From Myxococcales bacterium (GTDB lineage: Bacteria; Myxococcota_A; UBA9160; UBA4427), in assembly GCA_012960035.1 (NCBI GenBank), contig DUBZ01000013.1, forward strand, positions 3,228 through 67,227: 64,000 nt of DNA. The letters run 5' to 3'. The notes under the pieces are model-generated. The model had not been told where the DNA came from. It was given only the letters and a program-made list of their open reading frames with translations, and searched no databases. Below, piece after piece: positions 8,887-19,757 of the stretch. The number at the start of each line of letters is the position of its first letter. Position 1 is the first letter of the stretch. The position numbers were made by a program, and so were the translations under genes.

Positions 8887-10044
8887 ATGGCACGCGAAGG
8901 CATTCGCGACAAAGTTTCGATCGTTGGGGTCGGGTGTTGTCAGTTCGGCGAGAACTGGGACCAAAGTCCTTCGGACATGATTGTTGACGCCGCTTACGAG
9001 GCCTACGCCGACGCGGGCATCGACGAACCCCAAAAACAGATCGAAGCGGTCTTTACCGGCAGCATCTATTCCAACGCCGGTCCCCATGAATGTGCGGACG
9101 CACTCAAGATGTTCGATAAACCGGTGAGCATGGTGTCGAACTACTGCGCAACCGGAACCGACGTGTTTCGCTATGGCGTCATGAGCATTGCGGCCGGCAT
9201 GTACGACACGGTGTTGGTCGTCGGGTACGACAAGCCCAAAGACCGAGGCGTGTCCGGCCCAAGCGTGATGATGGACGGTGTGCGAGACCTGCCAAAAACT
9301 CCGGCGGGTTGGTTTTCACTTTGCGCCGCGACGTACTTTGAAAAGTACGGCGCCGGTCGGGAAGACCTTGCAAAGATCGCGGTCAAAAATCATCACAACG
9401 GGACGCTCGCTCCGAAAAGTTTTTTGAAGCGCGAAATTACGGTGGATGATGCACTGAACGCGCGCATGATCTCCTGGCCGTTTGGGCTCTACGACTGCGC
9501 GGCCCAGACAGACGGAGCAGCGGCGGTGGTGCTTACGCGTAGCGACTTGGCCCGTAGCTTCCGCGACGACGCCGTGAAGGTCAAGGCTGTAGGGATCCGG
9601 TCGGGTCCGAACCCACAAAAGGACCCGGGGAACGATTTTCTTTCCTGGAAGCCGAATGGCTGGGCGGCACGCGATGTCTACGAACAAGCTGGCATTACCG
9701 ACCCGCGCAGTCAAATCGGTGTGGCGCAGGTACACGACTGCTTCTCGCTCACCGAATTGCTCGCCTACGAAGATCTGGGGTTTTGCGAAAAGGGCAGTGC
9801 AAAAGAACACATCGCCGCGGGGACGTTCGAATTGACCGGCGAGCTTCCGGTGAACACCGATGGCGGTCTCAAGACTTTCGGACACCCAACAGGTGCGACG
9901 GGTGTGCGCATGCTTTACGAAAACACGTTGCAGCTTCAAGGCCGCGCCGGTGCGCGCCAAGTCGCTGAACCCAAACTCGCGTTGTCCCACAACCTTGGCG
10001 GTCATCCGACCGTCTGTGGGATCGCGATCTTGGGGCGGGATTAA
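8887..10044 (+). CDS. Thiolase, SCP-x/lipid-transfer-protein type
   Basis: NYCATG, DGAAAVV, QVHDCF, NTDGG and GHPTGATG motifs; AAGGAGG RBS. Confidence 0.9.
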   Translation: MAREGIRDKVSIVGVGCCQFGENWDQSPSDMIVDAAYEAYADAGIDEPQKQIEAVFTGSIYSNAGPHECADALKMFDKPVSMVSNYCATGTDVFRYGVMSIAAGMYDTVLVVGYDKPKDRGVSGPSVMMDGVRDLPKTPAGWFSLCAATYFEKYGAGREDLAKIAVKNHHNGTLAPKSFLKREITVDDALNARMISWPFGLYDCAAQTDGAAAVVLTRSDLARSFRDDAVKVKAVGIRSGPNPQKDPGNDFLSWKPNGWAARDVYEQAGITDPRSQIGVAQVHDCFSLTELLAYEDLGFCEKGSAKEHIAAGTFELTGELPVNTDGGLKTFGHPTGATGVRMLYENTLQLQGRAGARQVAEPKLALSHNLGGHPTVCGIAILGRD

Positions 10045-10266
10045 TGTTGGAGTCCTTCATGAAGAGGGCGCGAACTCTTTCGCGGTTACCGGCTCCCTGA
10101 AGACTGGGCCGTGTTCCTGCCCGCCAAACCCGTCTGATCCTCGGCACACCACGAAACGATTCAACCACTAAACCACTAGACCGCGACGCCCCCACTGGTC
10201 AGCGGGCGAATTCTCCGCGAGACTCGTTTTCTACTTTTTGTCTTATTGAGTTCGAGGAGACCTCCC

Positions 10267-11217
10267 ATGCCCGCAACCACACGACCGAGTCACTTTGGTG
10301 TGACGCTTCCGCAGATCAAACGAACTTGGCAAGAAGCGCGCGACACCGCGCTAGCGATCGACGCGCTGAAGTACGACTCGGTTTGGGTTTGCGACCACAT
10401 GTACGGTGTTCCCAACCCCGCGCTACCGATCTTTGAAGCCTGGAGCCAGCTTGCCGCGATTGCGGCCATCACCGAGCACGTTGAACTCGGTACGTTGGTC
10501 ACGCCGCCATTTTTTCGCAACGTGGGCGTCCTGGCAAAGCAGGTCGCGACGATCGACCACGTTTCTTCGGGGCGAACCATCATGGGTCTTGGAGCGGGAT
10601 GGTTCCCGCCCGAGTTCGAAGCCTATGGCAATCCCTTTCCGACCCTCGGCCAGCGCATGCGGGGCCTCGACGAAACTGCGCAAGCACTGCGCGCACTTTG
10701 GACCGAACCGAGCGTCACGCTGGACGGCGAGCACGTTCATTTGAAGGACGCTGTCTGCGAACCCAAGCCCGTGCGTACGCCGCCGATTCTCATCGGGGGA
10801 ACGGGCGAGAAGGTCTTGATGGGCATCGTCGCGCGACATGCTGACATCTGGAACAACATGGCGATCACGCAGGCACAGCTCGGCAACAAGGTCGAAGTCC
10901 TCGAGCGACGCTGCGGGGAAGAAGGGCGCGACTTCGGCACGCTCACAGTGAGTCAGCAGACCGTTGTGATTATCGAAGAAACCGAAGAAGCCGCGCGTGC
11001 ATCCCTCGCGAAGGCGAGCAAAGTCTATGGGGGGCACATGGGTGCCGGCATCGAAGAGCACGGCATCTGGGGAACGCCCGACCGTGTCATCGAGTGCATC
11101 GAACGTCACCGCGCTCTGGGCTGCTCGAGCTTTGTGATCGAGTTCTTCGGACGAGATACAAAGGTGCCCGCAGAACTATTCGCGGAAACGGTGATGCCGC
11201 ACTTTCGAGCCAACTAG
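10267..11217 (+). CDS. LLM-class (luciferase-like) flavin/F420-dependent oxidoreductase
   Basis: DSVWVCDH, LGTLVT, SSGR..GLGAGW and PPILIGG motifs. Confidence 0.9.
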   Translation: MPATTRPSHFGVTLPQIKRTWQEARDTALAIDALKYDSVWVCDHMYGVPNPALPIFEAWSQLAAIAAITEHVELGTLVTPPFFRNVGVLAKQVATIDHVSSGRTIMGLGAGWFPPEFEAYGNPFPTLGQRMRGLDETAQALRALWTEPSVTLDGEHVHLKDAVCEPKPVRTPPILIGGTGEKVLMGIVARHADIWNNMAITQAQLGNKVEVLERRCGEEGRDFGTLTVSQQTVVIIEETEEAARASLAKASKVYGGHMGAGIEEHGIWGTPDRVIECIERHRALGCSSFVIEFFGRDTKVPAELFAETVMPHFRAN

Positions 11218-11514
11218 GAGCCTGGCTCGTTGCGGTGACGATTCGCGATCGGAATCTGGCGCGTCTGGAGCTGTGTTCGCGGGTTGGGCACCGACGTAGA
11301 GCCGGTGTATGTCGTCAGACCATTTCGGACAGAAGAACGATTTTGAGCATAGGCGGTTTTAGTTTTGCCGAGGCCGCCCTTGCAGCCAGGTACTCCCTCT
11401 TCACTTTTCTTCATCGTGTACCGACTGCGGGGCCTTGTTCCAAATCCCCAAAGCCGAGATCACTCAAACATTCCCGGTTCGCGTGCTTACGCGGCCCAAA
11501 TCGTGCTCTTCCCA

Positions 11515-11551
11515 CAAAAAACAAAACCCACTCCAACCCTCTGAAGTGGGT
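11515..11551 (-). terminator. Probable intrinsic terminator downstream of tRNA-Phe
   Basis: ACCCACT/AGTGGGT stem followed on the minus strand by a T-rich tract. Confidence 0.6.
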
Positions 11552-11562
11552 AAACAATTTGG

Positions 11563-11638
11563 TGGTGGCCCGGAGTGGACTTGAACCACTGACACCTCGA
11601 TTTTCAGTCGAGTGCTCTACCAACTGAGCTACCAGGCC
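11563..11638 (-). tRNA. tRNA-Phe (GAA)
   Basis: GGCCTGGTAGCTCAGTTGGTAGAGCACTCGACTGAAAATCGAGG..GGTTCAAGTCCACTCCGGGCCACCA; 76 nt with encoded CCA. Confidence 0.97.
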
Positions 11639-11743
11639 ACGCGGCGCGGACTCTAGCTATTCCCTGGGTAGGGGGCTAGCCGCTTCGATAATCTTGCCGT
11701 CGTCTTCAATTGCCCATTTCGGCACTTGAAAGGCAACTCCCTG

Positions 11744-12550
11744 CTAATGGCTGGTTTCTTCTTCGGTCGCCGGCAGCGAAGGGTTGATTCCTGATTCGTC
11801 GCGAGACGGCTCCTCGAAAGTCCGAGTCCCCTTCGCCATCACTCCGCGTTCGAGGAGTGCGCGCGTGAGCACGACGTTTTCGAGGGGGGTGTCTTTGCTT
11901 CCCCAGCGTCCGACCGTATCGGTTTCGATTTCCGTGATCCCATCGACGACTTCAATGCCCGAGATCACGCGACCGAAGGCGGTGTACTTCCCGTCGAGGT
12001 GGGGACTGTCTTGGTGGACAATGAAAAACTGGCTACCGGCGCTGCCGGGACGACCTCGATTCGCAAGGGACACGACGCCGCGGTCGTGATGGATCGGCTG
12101 GTATTCGTCTTCAACCGATAGGTCGCCCCAGTCTCCTTGGGTCGAGTCGGGACCGCGCTTGCGCGTGCTGGGGTCGCCACCCTGGATCATGAAGCCTTTG
12201 ATGACCCGGTGGAAAAGCGTGTCGTCGTAAACGCCGCGGGTCACGCAGTCGACAAAGTGTGCCACGGTCGTCGGGGAGACTTGATCGTAGAGGCCGATGC
12301 GGACCGTTCCGCGGTCCGCGAATTCGAGGGCGACCACGTGACTCGGTTCGCCTGGCCAAGCGAAGGCGGCTGCTTGCTCGGCGAAACCGTCCACTTGATG
12401 GACCTGGTTTCGGCTCGACGGAGGGCCCTTTTCGTCGCACGCCACGGCGACCCACGAGCCCAGGATCGCCGCGAATGCGACGAGCCACAACCGCGCACGA
12501 GCGGGTGCGGGTTCAAGGTGCTGCTTCGCAATGTCGGAAGAATACTTCAT
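11744..12550 (-). CDS. Cyclophilin-type peptidyl-prolyl isomerase, probable lipoprotein
   Basis: FHRVIKGFMIQGGD, GSQFFI and HLDGKYTAFGRV; hydrophobic stretch ending VAVAC; start uncertain. Confidence 0.9.
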   Translation of the reverse strand: MKYSSDIAKQHLEPAPARARLWLVAFAAILGSWVAVACDEKGPPSSRNQVHQVDGFAEQAAAFAWPGEPSHVVALEFADRGTVRIGLYDQVSPTTVAHFVDCVTRGVYDDTLFHRVIKGFMIQGGDPSTRKRGPDSTQGDWGDLSVEDEYQPIHHDRGVVSLANRGRPGSAGSQFFIVHQDSPHLDGKYTAFGRVISGIEVVDGITEIETDTVGRWGSKDTPLENVVLTRALLERGVMAKGTRTFEEPSRDESGINPSLPATEEETSH

Positions 12551-12711
12551 GATTTCATGGTCTTGAGTTGTGGGCTCCGTACTCGGCTCGGTGCGGGCGT
12601 GGGTGTGATAATTTTGATCGCATGTCAAAACAACCGCACGCGCACGTCACTTCATCTTTGACCTCGCCTCTTTCTCATCGGCAGGGGTTGTTGAACTTTT
12701 CAGTCTATCGT

Positions 12712-14445
12712 GTGTTCGCGCCGGTAACGCGGTGGTTGTTTGTGGCAATGCTGCCCGCGCTGTTGCTCGCTCCCTACGCACAGGCGGCGAGTAAGACGCC
12801 CCAGCAGAGTCAACGCGGCATGGTGGTGACGTCCCAAGTCGACGCTGCCAACGTTGGACGCGAAATGCTCGCGAAGGGAGGCAACGCGGTTGACGCCGCG
12901 GTGGCGACGGCTTTTGCACTGAGTGTCACGCAACCGTTTTCGTCGGGTCTCGGTGGTGGCGCGTTCGTTTTGATTCGAACCGCAGACGGCGAAACGATCG
13001 CGATCGACGCGCGCGAAACGGCGCCCGCCAAAGCCCATCGCGATATGTATATAGAAGAAGGAGTGCCGAAGTTTGCGTCGCGGTCGGGACCACTCGCGGT
13101 TGCAACTCCGGGCCTCGTGCAGGGACTCGCGCTGGCACTTGATCGATGGGGGACCCTGCCGCTTGCGACTGTGATCGCACCGGCCATCAAACTCGCGAAG
13201 GACGGTTTCGAAATCGGCCCTTACCACGCGCGGATGGTTTCACGAATGCGCAAATACTTGGACGCCGAACGATTTCCAGAGACTGCACGCATTCAATTTA
13301 ACGGGGGCGGGGCCGTCGAAGTCGGATGGCGTCTCGTCCAAAAAGATCTTGCAAAGACCATGAAGGCCATCGCGAAGAAAGGTCCCAAAGCGATGTACTC
13401 CGGTTCGGTCGGCAAGGCGATCGCGAGCGAGGTAGCAAAGCGGGGCGGCATCCTGACCCTCGCGGACCTCAAGGCCTACAAGCCTGTCTTGCGCGAAGCG
13501 GTTAGCGGCAACTATCGCGGCCTTGAAATTCATAGTTATCCGCCGCCTTCTTCGGGCGGGGTGGTTCTACTCGAAGTGCTGAACATCCTCGAGGGCTACG
13601 ACCTGGCGCAACACGGTGCGGGCAGTAGCGCGAGCGTTCATCTGATCGGCGAAGCCATGAAGCTCGCCTTCGCGGACCGTGCGGCCTACATGGGGGACGC
13701 CGACTTCGTGGATGTGCCTGTTGCGAAGTTGATCTCAAAGGAATACGCGAAGAAGCAGCGCGCTCGCATCAATGCACCGAATGCCGATCGCGCCCTCGGC
13801 ACCGGCTTCGACAAAGAGATGGCGATCACCGTCGAGGGCCCGGGCTTGCCGAACAATGATTCGGGAACTGCGCATTTGTCGGTCGTCGACGGAGCCGGCA
13901 ACGCGGTCTCGATCACGAAGACGATCAACACCCCCTTTGGTTCGGGCATCACCGTCCCGGGTACCGGCGTCATCCTCAACAACGAGATGGACGACTTCGC
14001 GGTCGCGCCGGACACGCCGAACGCTTACGGGCTGGTCGACACGCGAGGCTCGAACGCGATCGCACCGCTAAAACGACCGCTTTCGAGCATGACGCCCACG
14101 ATCGTCGTCAAAGACGGCAAGCCCATGATGGTGAGCGGCAGCCCCGGCGGACCGCGCATTATCACGACGACATTGCTCACGATCTTAAACGTGGTCGACT
14201 TCGGGATGAACGTCCAAGAAGCCGTGGCGGCGCCGCGCTTCCACCATCAGTGGGTTCCCGACAAGTTGTTCTTGGAACCAGAGTTTTCTAAAGACGTGGT
14301 GCGCGCCCTCGAAGCGAGAGGGCATACCGTAGACATCTCTGGTCGACGATGGTCATCCGCGCAGAGTATTGTGATCGACCCCGAAACGGGTCTCATCACT
14401 GGAGGCAGTGATCCGCGAGCCGATGGCGAAGCCGTTCCCTATTAG
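12712..14445 (+). CDS. ggt: Gamma-glutamyltransferase
   Basis: GGNAVDAAVA, DARETAP, nucleophile Thr in GTAHLSVVD, LNNEMDDF, RPLSSMTP, GSPGG; start approximate. Confidence 0.95.
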   Translation: MFAPVTRWLFVAMLPALLLAPYAQAASKTPQQSQRGMVVTSQVDAANVGREMLAKGGNAVDAAVATAFALSVTQPFSSGLGGGAFVLIRTADGETIAIDARETAPAKAHRDMYIEEGVPKFASRSGPLAVATPGLVQGLALALDRWGTLPLATVIAPAIKLAKDGFEIGPYHARMVSRMRKYLDAERFPETARIQFNGGGAVEVGWRLVQKDLAKTMKAIAKKGPKAMYSGSVGKAIASEVAKRGGILTLADLKAYKPVLREAVSGNYRGLEIHSYPPPSSGGVVLLEVLNILEGYDLAQHGAGSSASVHLIGEAMKLAFADRAAYMGDADFVDVPVAKLISKEYAKKQRARINAPNADRALGTGFDKEMAITVEGPGLPNNDSGTAHLSVVDGAGNAVSITKTINTPFGSGITVPGTGVILNNEMDDFAVAPDTPNAYGLVDTRGSNAIAPLKRPLSSMTPTIVVKDGKPMMVSGSPGGPRIITTTLLTILNVVDFGMNVQEAVAAPRFHHQWVPDKLFLEPEFSKDVVRALEARGHTVDISGRRWSSAQSIVIDPETGLITGGSDPRADGEAVPY

Positions 14446-14476
14446 GTCGGCGTAGGCCGGGGCCTTATTGCTGTGC

Positions 14477-17230
14477 TTACGGTTGAACGAGCGCTTCGGT
14501 ATAGGCGTCGAGAGTCACAATGCGGGTCGCCACACGCATGATGTCCTCTTGATCGACGGCTTCTACGCGCTCGGTGAACTGCTGACTGTGCAACGGGCCG
14601 AGGCCGTAGAGTCCATCGAGGGCCAGGTGTCCTGCGTGTCCCGAGTTCCGCTGCTGACCAATGACGTGGTTGCCCGTGAGGTTGCGCTTGGCGTGCTTCA
14701 ACTCTTCAGCACCCGGCGGTTCGCTGAGTAACTTCGAAAGTTCTTCGAGCATGCCCGCGCGCGCCTCTTCGACTTTTTCGGGGGCCGTTGCGATATAGAC
14801 GACGAAGAAACCCGGCGCGTAGCCTTCGACGCTCATCGCACTCACGGTATAAGCGAGGCTCTTCTTGTCGCGCAGCTCGAGGAACAACCTGCCGCTTTGC
14901 CCCGCGAGCAATTGGGAGATGACGTCGAGGGTGTAGCGGTCGTCGTCGAGAATGCTGAGGCCGCGAAAGCCCATCACGAGATGTGCCTGTGCCCGGTCTT
15001 TTTGCAATGAAGCCCGTCGGATCTCTTGGGGGATCGGATCTACGGTCGGGAGTTCGCCACCGAAGCTCTTGCCGGCCGGCAGCGCGCTTAGGCGGCGGGA
15101 CAGGCCGGCCGCGATGGCGTCGGGGTCGACGTCTCCCGCGACGCCGATCGACAAGTTGTTCCCGACGATAAAGCGGTCCTGATGCGCGCGCAGATGTTCG
15201 AGGCTGAGATTCTTGATCGAGTCTCGTGTTCCGATCATTGGCAAGCGATAAGGATGCGCGTCGAAATGCGTGCGTGAGAAGAGGGCGAACGCCTGTTGGG
15301 AAAGTTGATCTTCCATTCGCTCGATCGTTGCGAGGGTTTCGCGTCTTTCCTTTTCGATCTCTTCGGGTGCGAGTGCGGGTTCGAGCATGATCTCGGCAAA
15401 CAAGTCGAGGGAAGGTTCGAGTTGGTCGGTCGCAACGTCCAACGTGAGACCGAGACTGCTTCGTCCGCTAAAGCCATCGATCTCGGAGGCCATGTCTTCC
15501 ATCGTGCGTGCAAGGTCGGCGGCCGAGCGTGATTCGGTTCCCCGGGTCCAAGCGGACGAGAGAAAATGCGAGATGCCGGCGTTGTCGGGCGTCTGCGCGA
15601 GAAGCCCACCGAAAAACGCGGCGCGTACTGCCACCACCGGTATGTCGTGCCGAGGTTTGACGAAGAGCTGGGCGCCATTGTCGAGGGTGTAGCTGACGAC
15701 TTCGTCAGCCTTCTTTGAGCGTGCCTTGGTCTTCTTGGTTTTGCGCGCAGCACCTTTGGCCTTGCCGTCCGTGCGCCGTGGCACCGTCGATTCTTGTTTC
15801 GAGATCTCGATGCCCGCATTGACTGCCGCCAGCACGGACTTTTCGGTGAGCGAGCCGTTCGCGCTTTCGGGCAGCAACACGCCTGCGGTGAGTTGTTCTG
15901 GCGCGAGATACTTCTGTGCGACACGTTGCAAGTCTTCCGGCGTCGCGCGTTTGAGTGTCTCGAAGTAGGTGTCTTCGCTGCGCCAATCTCCACCGATGAC
16001 ATGAAAATTGCCAAGCTTGCTCGCGAGCCCCGAAACGCTTTCGCGTTCAAAGTGCTCACTCGCCAAGAAGTTGGCGCGGGCACGTTCGAGTTCTTCATTG
16101 CTCACCGGACGCGAACGAATGCGTTCGACCTCACGCAGGCTCGCTGCGATGGCCGCATGGGCCTTGCTCTGCTCAACGTCCATATTGATCGAAAAGACAC
16201 CGGGGTCGAGCGGGGTATAGGACGAGCTGTCAATGCGGTCGGCGAGTCCTTCGTCTTCGCGTATCCGTCGCACCAGCCGACTCGATTCGCATTCGCCGAG
16301 GACGAAAGAAAGCAGGTCGAGGTAGGTGGCGTCTTCTTCGTGGAAGGCGGCGCTTGGCCAGGTGAGGTCGAGCTTGGTGCGTTCGAACTGGCGATGCAGA
16401 ATTACACTGCGCATCGTTTTTTGTTTGGGCTCGCGCCGCCGTCCGCGTTGCTTCGTCCCCGCTTCCGCGTCCGCGAACTGCACTTTGATCTGCTTCGCGA
16501 GCTTTTTTGCATTGAAGTCGCCCGCGGCGACGATCACCATGTTGTCCGGGGTGTACCAGCTCTTCCAGAACGTCGTGACCTTCTTGCGGTTGAAGCTTGC
16601 AACACTTTCGGCGGGGCCCAAGATCGGCAGGCCGTAGCGATGCTTCTGGAAGTGCTCGCGAAACACAGCGTCACTCAAAACGTGTCCGGGAGAGTCTTCG
16701 CCCCGGCGAATTTCTTCGAGCACCACTTCGATCTCGCGGTCGATCTCAACCGGATCGAATGTTGAGTTGCGAACCGCGTCCACCAGCACGTCGAGCCCGG
16801 TGCCAAGTGCGTCGCTGGGAAGGGTTGCGTAATAGACCGTGACGTCGAAGGAGGTGTAGGCGTTGATGCGCCCGCCCGCGCCTTCGATTTCTCCGGCAAC
16901 CTCGCCAACTCCGCGGCGGTCCGTGCCCTTGAAAAGCATGTGCTCGTGAAAGTGCGCGAGCCCAGCTTCGTTTGCGCGCTCGTCCGCGCTCCCGACTTTG
17001 GCCCAGATCTGCAAGTCGACGACCGGGGCAAAATGGCTTTCGCGCAACAGAAGCGTCAAGCCGTTGGGCAGGACTTCGTGATGTACGCTCTGTTCAAGCG
17101 GAGTCAGCGCGGCTTTTGAGCGCTTTCTTCGGGGGCTGCGGGTCGTCGTCTGCACGGTGGATGTTGCACTAGATCCAATAATCGAAGAGTGATTGCCAAA
17201 CGTGCTGAACGGGCCCGAAAACATCGTCAT
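14477..17230 (-). CDS. M16-family zinc peptidase (two-lobe, pitrilysin-like)
   Basis: Inverted zinc motif HFHEH, INAYTS, LRDKKSLAY; start uncertain (17155-17230). Confidence 0.9.
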   Translation of the reverse strand: MTMFSGPFSTFGNHSSIIGSSATSTVQTTTRSPRRKRSKAALTPLEQSVHHEVLPNGLTLLLRESHFAPVVDLQIWAKVGSADERANEAGLAHFHEHMLFKGTDRRGVGEVAGEIEGAGGRINAYTSFDVTVYYATLPSDALGTGLDVLVDAVRNSTFDPVEIDREIEVVLEEIRRGEDSPGHVLSDAVFREHFQKHRYGLPILGPAESVASFNRKKVTTFWKSWYTPDNMVIVAAGDFNAKKLAKQIKVQFADAEAGTKQRGRRREPKQKTMRSVILHRQFERTKLDLTWPSAAFHEEDATYLDLLSFVLGECESSRLVRRIREDEGLADRIDSSSYTPLDPGVFSINMDVEQSKAHAAIAASLREVERIRSRPVSNEELERARANFLASEHFERESVSGLASKLGNFHVIGGDWRSEDTYFETLKRATPEDLQRVAQKYLAPEQLTAGVLLPESANGSLTEKSVLAAVNAGIEISKQESTVPRRTDGKAKGAARKTKKTKARSKKADEVVSYTLDNGAQLFVKPRHDIPVVAVRAAFFGGLLAQTPDNAGISHFLSSAWTRGTESRSAADLARTMEDMASEIDGFSGRSSLGLTLDVATDQLEPSLDLFAEIMLEPALAPEEIEKERRETLATIERMEDQLSQQAFALFSRTHFDAHPYRLPMIGTRDSIKNLSLEHLRAHQDRFIVGNNLSIGVAGDVDPDAIAAGLSRRLSALPAGKSFGGELPTVDPIPQEIRRASLQKDRAQAHLVMGFRGLSILDDDRYTLDVISQLLAGQSGRLFLELRDKKSLAYTVSAMSVEGYAPGFFVVYIATAPEKVEEARAGMLEELSKLLSEPPGAEELKHAKRNLTGNHVIGQQRNSGHAGHLALDGLYGLGPLHSQQFTERVEAVDQEDIMRVATRIVTLDAYTEALVQP

Positions 17231-17341
17231 AGGGGCCGAACGTAACCAACGGGTGGGACGGATGCCTGCTTCTTTTACGGGTGACCCGGTGTGGCACCGG
17301 GCAACGAAACGATCGTTTGAAACAAAAGGTGCGGAAACCGC

Positions 17342-18574
17342 GTGACCTCTTCCGACTCGCAGACGCAAAAAATTCGTAAAATCCCTTCGGGCGCAACCGA
17401 CGCCGACCACGGTGTTGGCGTCTACGTCCATATCCCATTTTGCGAGCGCGTTTGTCCGTATTGCGATTTCGCGGTGGTCGCGGCGCGGCAGATCGATCCT
17501 GGGGTTGAGGAGCGGTATGTCGACGCGCTGCTTCGCGAGCTCGAAACGCGAAGGCACGTCTTTGCGGACCGGCAGCTTGCGACGGTGTACTTCGGGGGCG
17601 GGACGCCGTCTTTATTTAGCCCAGACTCATTGGGTCGAATCGTCGCCGCCGCGCGCGCTGCCTTTGCGAGCGGGGCTGAGCCTGGCGAAGTGACCCTGGA
17701 GATGAACCCCAGTACGACCGAGCGCGCTCGGCTCGCCGCTTTTCGTTCGGTCGGGATCAACCGGCTTTCGATGGGGATCCAGAGCTTCGACGACACCACC
17801 CTCAAAAAACTTGGGCGTGCCCACAAGGCTCACGAGAGTCACGCAATGATCGAAGCCGCTCGTTCGGCGGGTTTCGAAAACCTCTCCCTCGACCTCATTC
17901 TTGCTTGCCCCGGGCAGACCTTTGCGAGTTTTGAACGGGACCTCGACGCTGCGCTCGCGCATTCCCCGGAACATCTTTCCGTCTACGAACTCACGATCGA
18001 AAGTGGGACTCCCTTTGCGCTTGCAAATGAACGCGGCCAACTCGACCGTCCCGACGAGGACCTAGCCTCAGAAATGCTCGAACACACCGTTCTGTCTGGT
18101 GCTGCGGCAGGTGTCGAACGCTACGAAGTCTCAAACTTTGCGAAGCCCGGTTTCGAATCGGTCCATAACCGCCGCTACTGGGCGCGTAGCCCGGTGTTGG
18201 GCCTCGGCATGGGAGCGTGGTCGGCAGAAGTGCGCGGCGGCGACATGCCATACGGGGGTCGCCTCATGAATCCGCGCGATCTGCTCAGCTATCTCGCCGC
18301 AATCGAGGAAGAGGAGAGCGACTTCCGTGTGATCGACTGCCTAAACGAAGAACAGGCACGAGGTGAGGCCGTATTTCTCGGTCTTCGTACCCGAAAAGGA
18401 CTCAACGCTCGGGCGTTCGAAACGGAGTTTGGCAGCCCACCTCGAACGTTCTATGCGGAGCAGATCGAGCGCCTCATGGCCCAGGGGCTCATGACCGAAA
18501 CGAATGACGGAGGCCTGTGTCTGACGGATCGAGGCGTGCTCCTGTCCGACACCGTCTTCACTGATTTTGTATGA
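17342..18574 (+). CDS. hemW: Radical SAM heme chaperone HemW
   Basis: YVHIPFC-x3-C-x2-C, YFGGGTPS, YEVSNF, HNRRYW; directly upstream of hrcA. Confidence 0.9.
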   Translation: MTSSDSQTQKIRKIPSGATDADHGVGVYVHIPFCERVCPYCDFAVVAARQIDPGVEERYVDALLRELETRRHVFADRQLATVYFGGGTPSLFSPDSLGRIVAAARAAFASGAEPGEVTLEMNPSTTERARLAAFRSVGINRLSMGIQSFDDTTLKKLGRAHKAHESHAMIEAARSAGFENLSLDLILACPGQTFASFERDLDAALAHSPEHLSVYELTIESGTPFALANERGQLDRPDEDLASEMLEHTVLSGAAAGVERYEVSNFAKPGFESVHNRRYWARSPVLGLGMGAWSAEVRGGDMPYGGRLMNPRDLLSYLAAIEEEESDFRVIDCLNEEQARGEAVFLGLRTRKGLNARAFETEFGSPPRTFYAEQIERLMAQGLMTETNDGGLCLTDRGVLLSDTVFTDFV

Positions 18575-18659
18575 TCGCGTCATCGCTAGACCGGCTGCTC
18601 GGATTTGAGTCGGCCTAGACGGGGCAACTAAGGCCGCAGGTCAATCAAGGGATACAGAC

Positions 18660-19757
18660 GTGTCCGAAGATCTGAATACATTGAGTTCCAACCTGCTCGG
18701 AGATCGCCAGGCGCGGGTTCTTCGTGCTGTCGTCGCCGCTTATGTTGGCGGTGCGGCGCCGGTGGGTTCCTCGACAATTTCAAACTTGTTGGCCACACCA
18801 CTTTCGAGCGCGAGCATTCGCAACACCATGAGCGAGCTCGCGGCATTTGGGTTGATCGAAAAGCCGCACTCGTCTGCCGGCCGAATTCCCACCGAAATGG
18901 GACTCCGGTTGTTCGTGGACCATCTGCTCCAGCCCAGGGAAGTTGCAGCGGAGCAACGTCGCCAACTGCACCACAGCTTTGGCAACACCGACATCGACGG
19001 TGCCATGCATGCGGTGTCCCAGTTTCTGTCCGACAACACGCGTCAACTTGGGTTTGTTCTGATGCCCAGGCTCGAACGCGTGCGGTTGCAGCACATCTCT
19101 TTTATTCGACTTTCAACGGAACGTTTGCTCGTTGTCCTCGTTACCCGGTCTGGTCGCACATTTCACCGCGAAATGGACGACCGGGAGAGCGGGGCACAGC
19201 TCGAACTCGACCGCATTGCAACGCTTTTGAATCAGCGAATTGCGGGGCGAACACTTACTGAAGTGCGTGAGGCGATGGCCGAAGAAGCGCTTGGCTTGCG
19301 CAACCAAGCTGGGAGCCTGCTCGCAAGAGCGGTGAATCTCGGCCAGCGCGGGCTCGAACTGGCCGGCGACGTAGCAGAACCCATGGATCTTGTGGTTGCA
19401 ACTCGACTCGCACTGCTCGATCAACCTGAATTCAACGACACCGAACGCTTGCGCGATTTATTCGCCGCGATGGAAGACAACGAGAGGCTCATGTCGCTGA
19501 TGGGTGGGTTGCTTGAAAGTGATCGGCCGAGTGTCGCGATCGGCGACGAACTCGAGGCACCGGGGTTGCGGCATTGTGCCCTAGTCTCTGCGCCGTATCG
19601 GGCCCATGATGTCGATATCGGTGCGCAGGGCCTTGTAGGTGTCATCGGTCCGAGTCGGATGGATTACCCACGTATTATTCCGTTGGTGAGTTATTGCTCT
19701 CAACTGGTGGCCGAAAAATTCAATGAGAACGCGACTAACGAAGAGATGAACCGTTGA
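18660..19757 (+). CDS. hrcA: Heat-inducible transcription repressor HrcA
   Basis: PVGS, SSASIRN, PHSSAGRIPT and GVIGPSRMDY motifs. Confidence 0.95.
   Translation: MSEDLNTLSSNLLGDRQARVLRAVVAAYVGGAAPVGSSTISNLLATPLSSASIRNTMSELAAFGLIEKPHSSAGRIPTEMGLRLFVDHLLQPREVAAEQRRQLHHSFGNTDIDGAMHAVSQFLSDNTRQLGFVLMPRLERVRLQHISFIRLSTERLLVVLVTRSGRTFHREMDDRESGAQLELDRIATLLNQRIAGRTLTEVREAMAEEALGLRNQAGSLLARAVNLGQRGLELAGDVAEPMDLVVATRLALLDQPEFNDTERLRDLFAAMEDNERLMSLMGGLLESDRPSVAIGDELEAPGLRHCALVSAPYRAHDVDIGAQGLVGVIGPSRMDYPRIIPLVSYCSQLVAEKFNENATNEEMNR

Noticed and set aside
11218-11562. Prophage or integrative element at tRNA-Phe
   Set aside because: No integrase, phage gene or duplicated tRNA 3' end in the window
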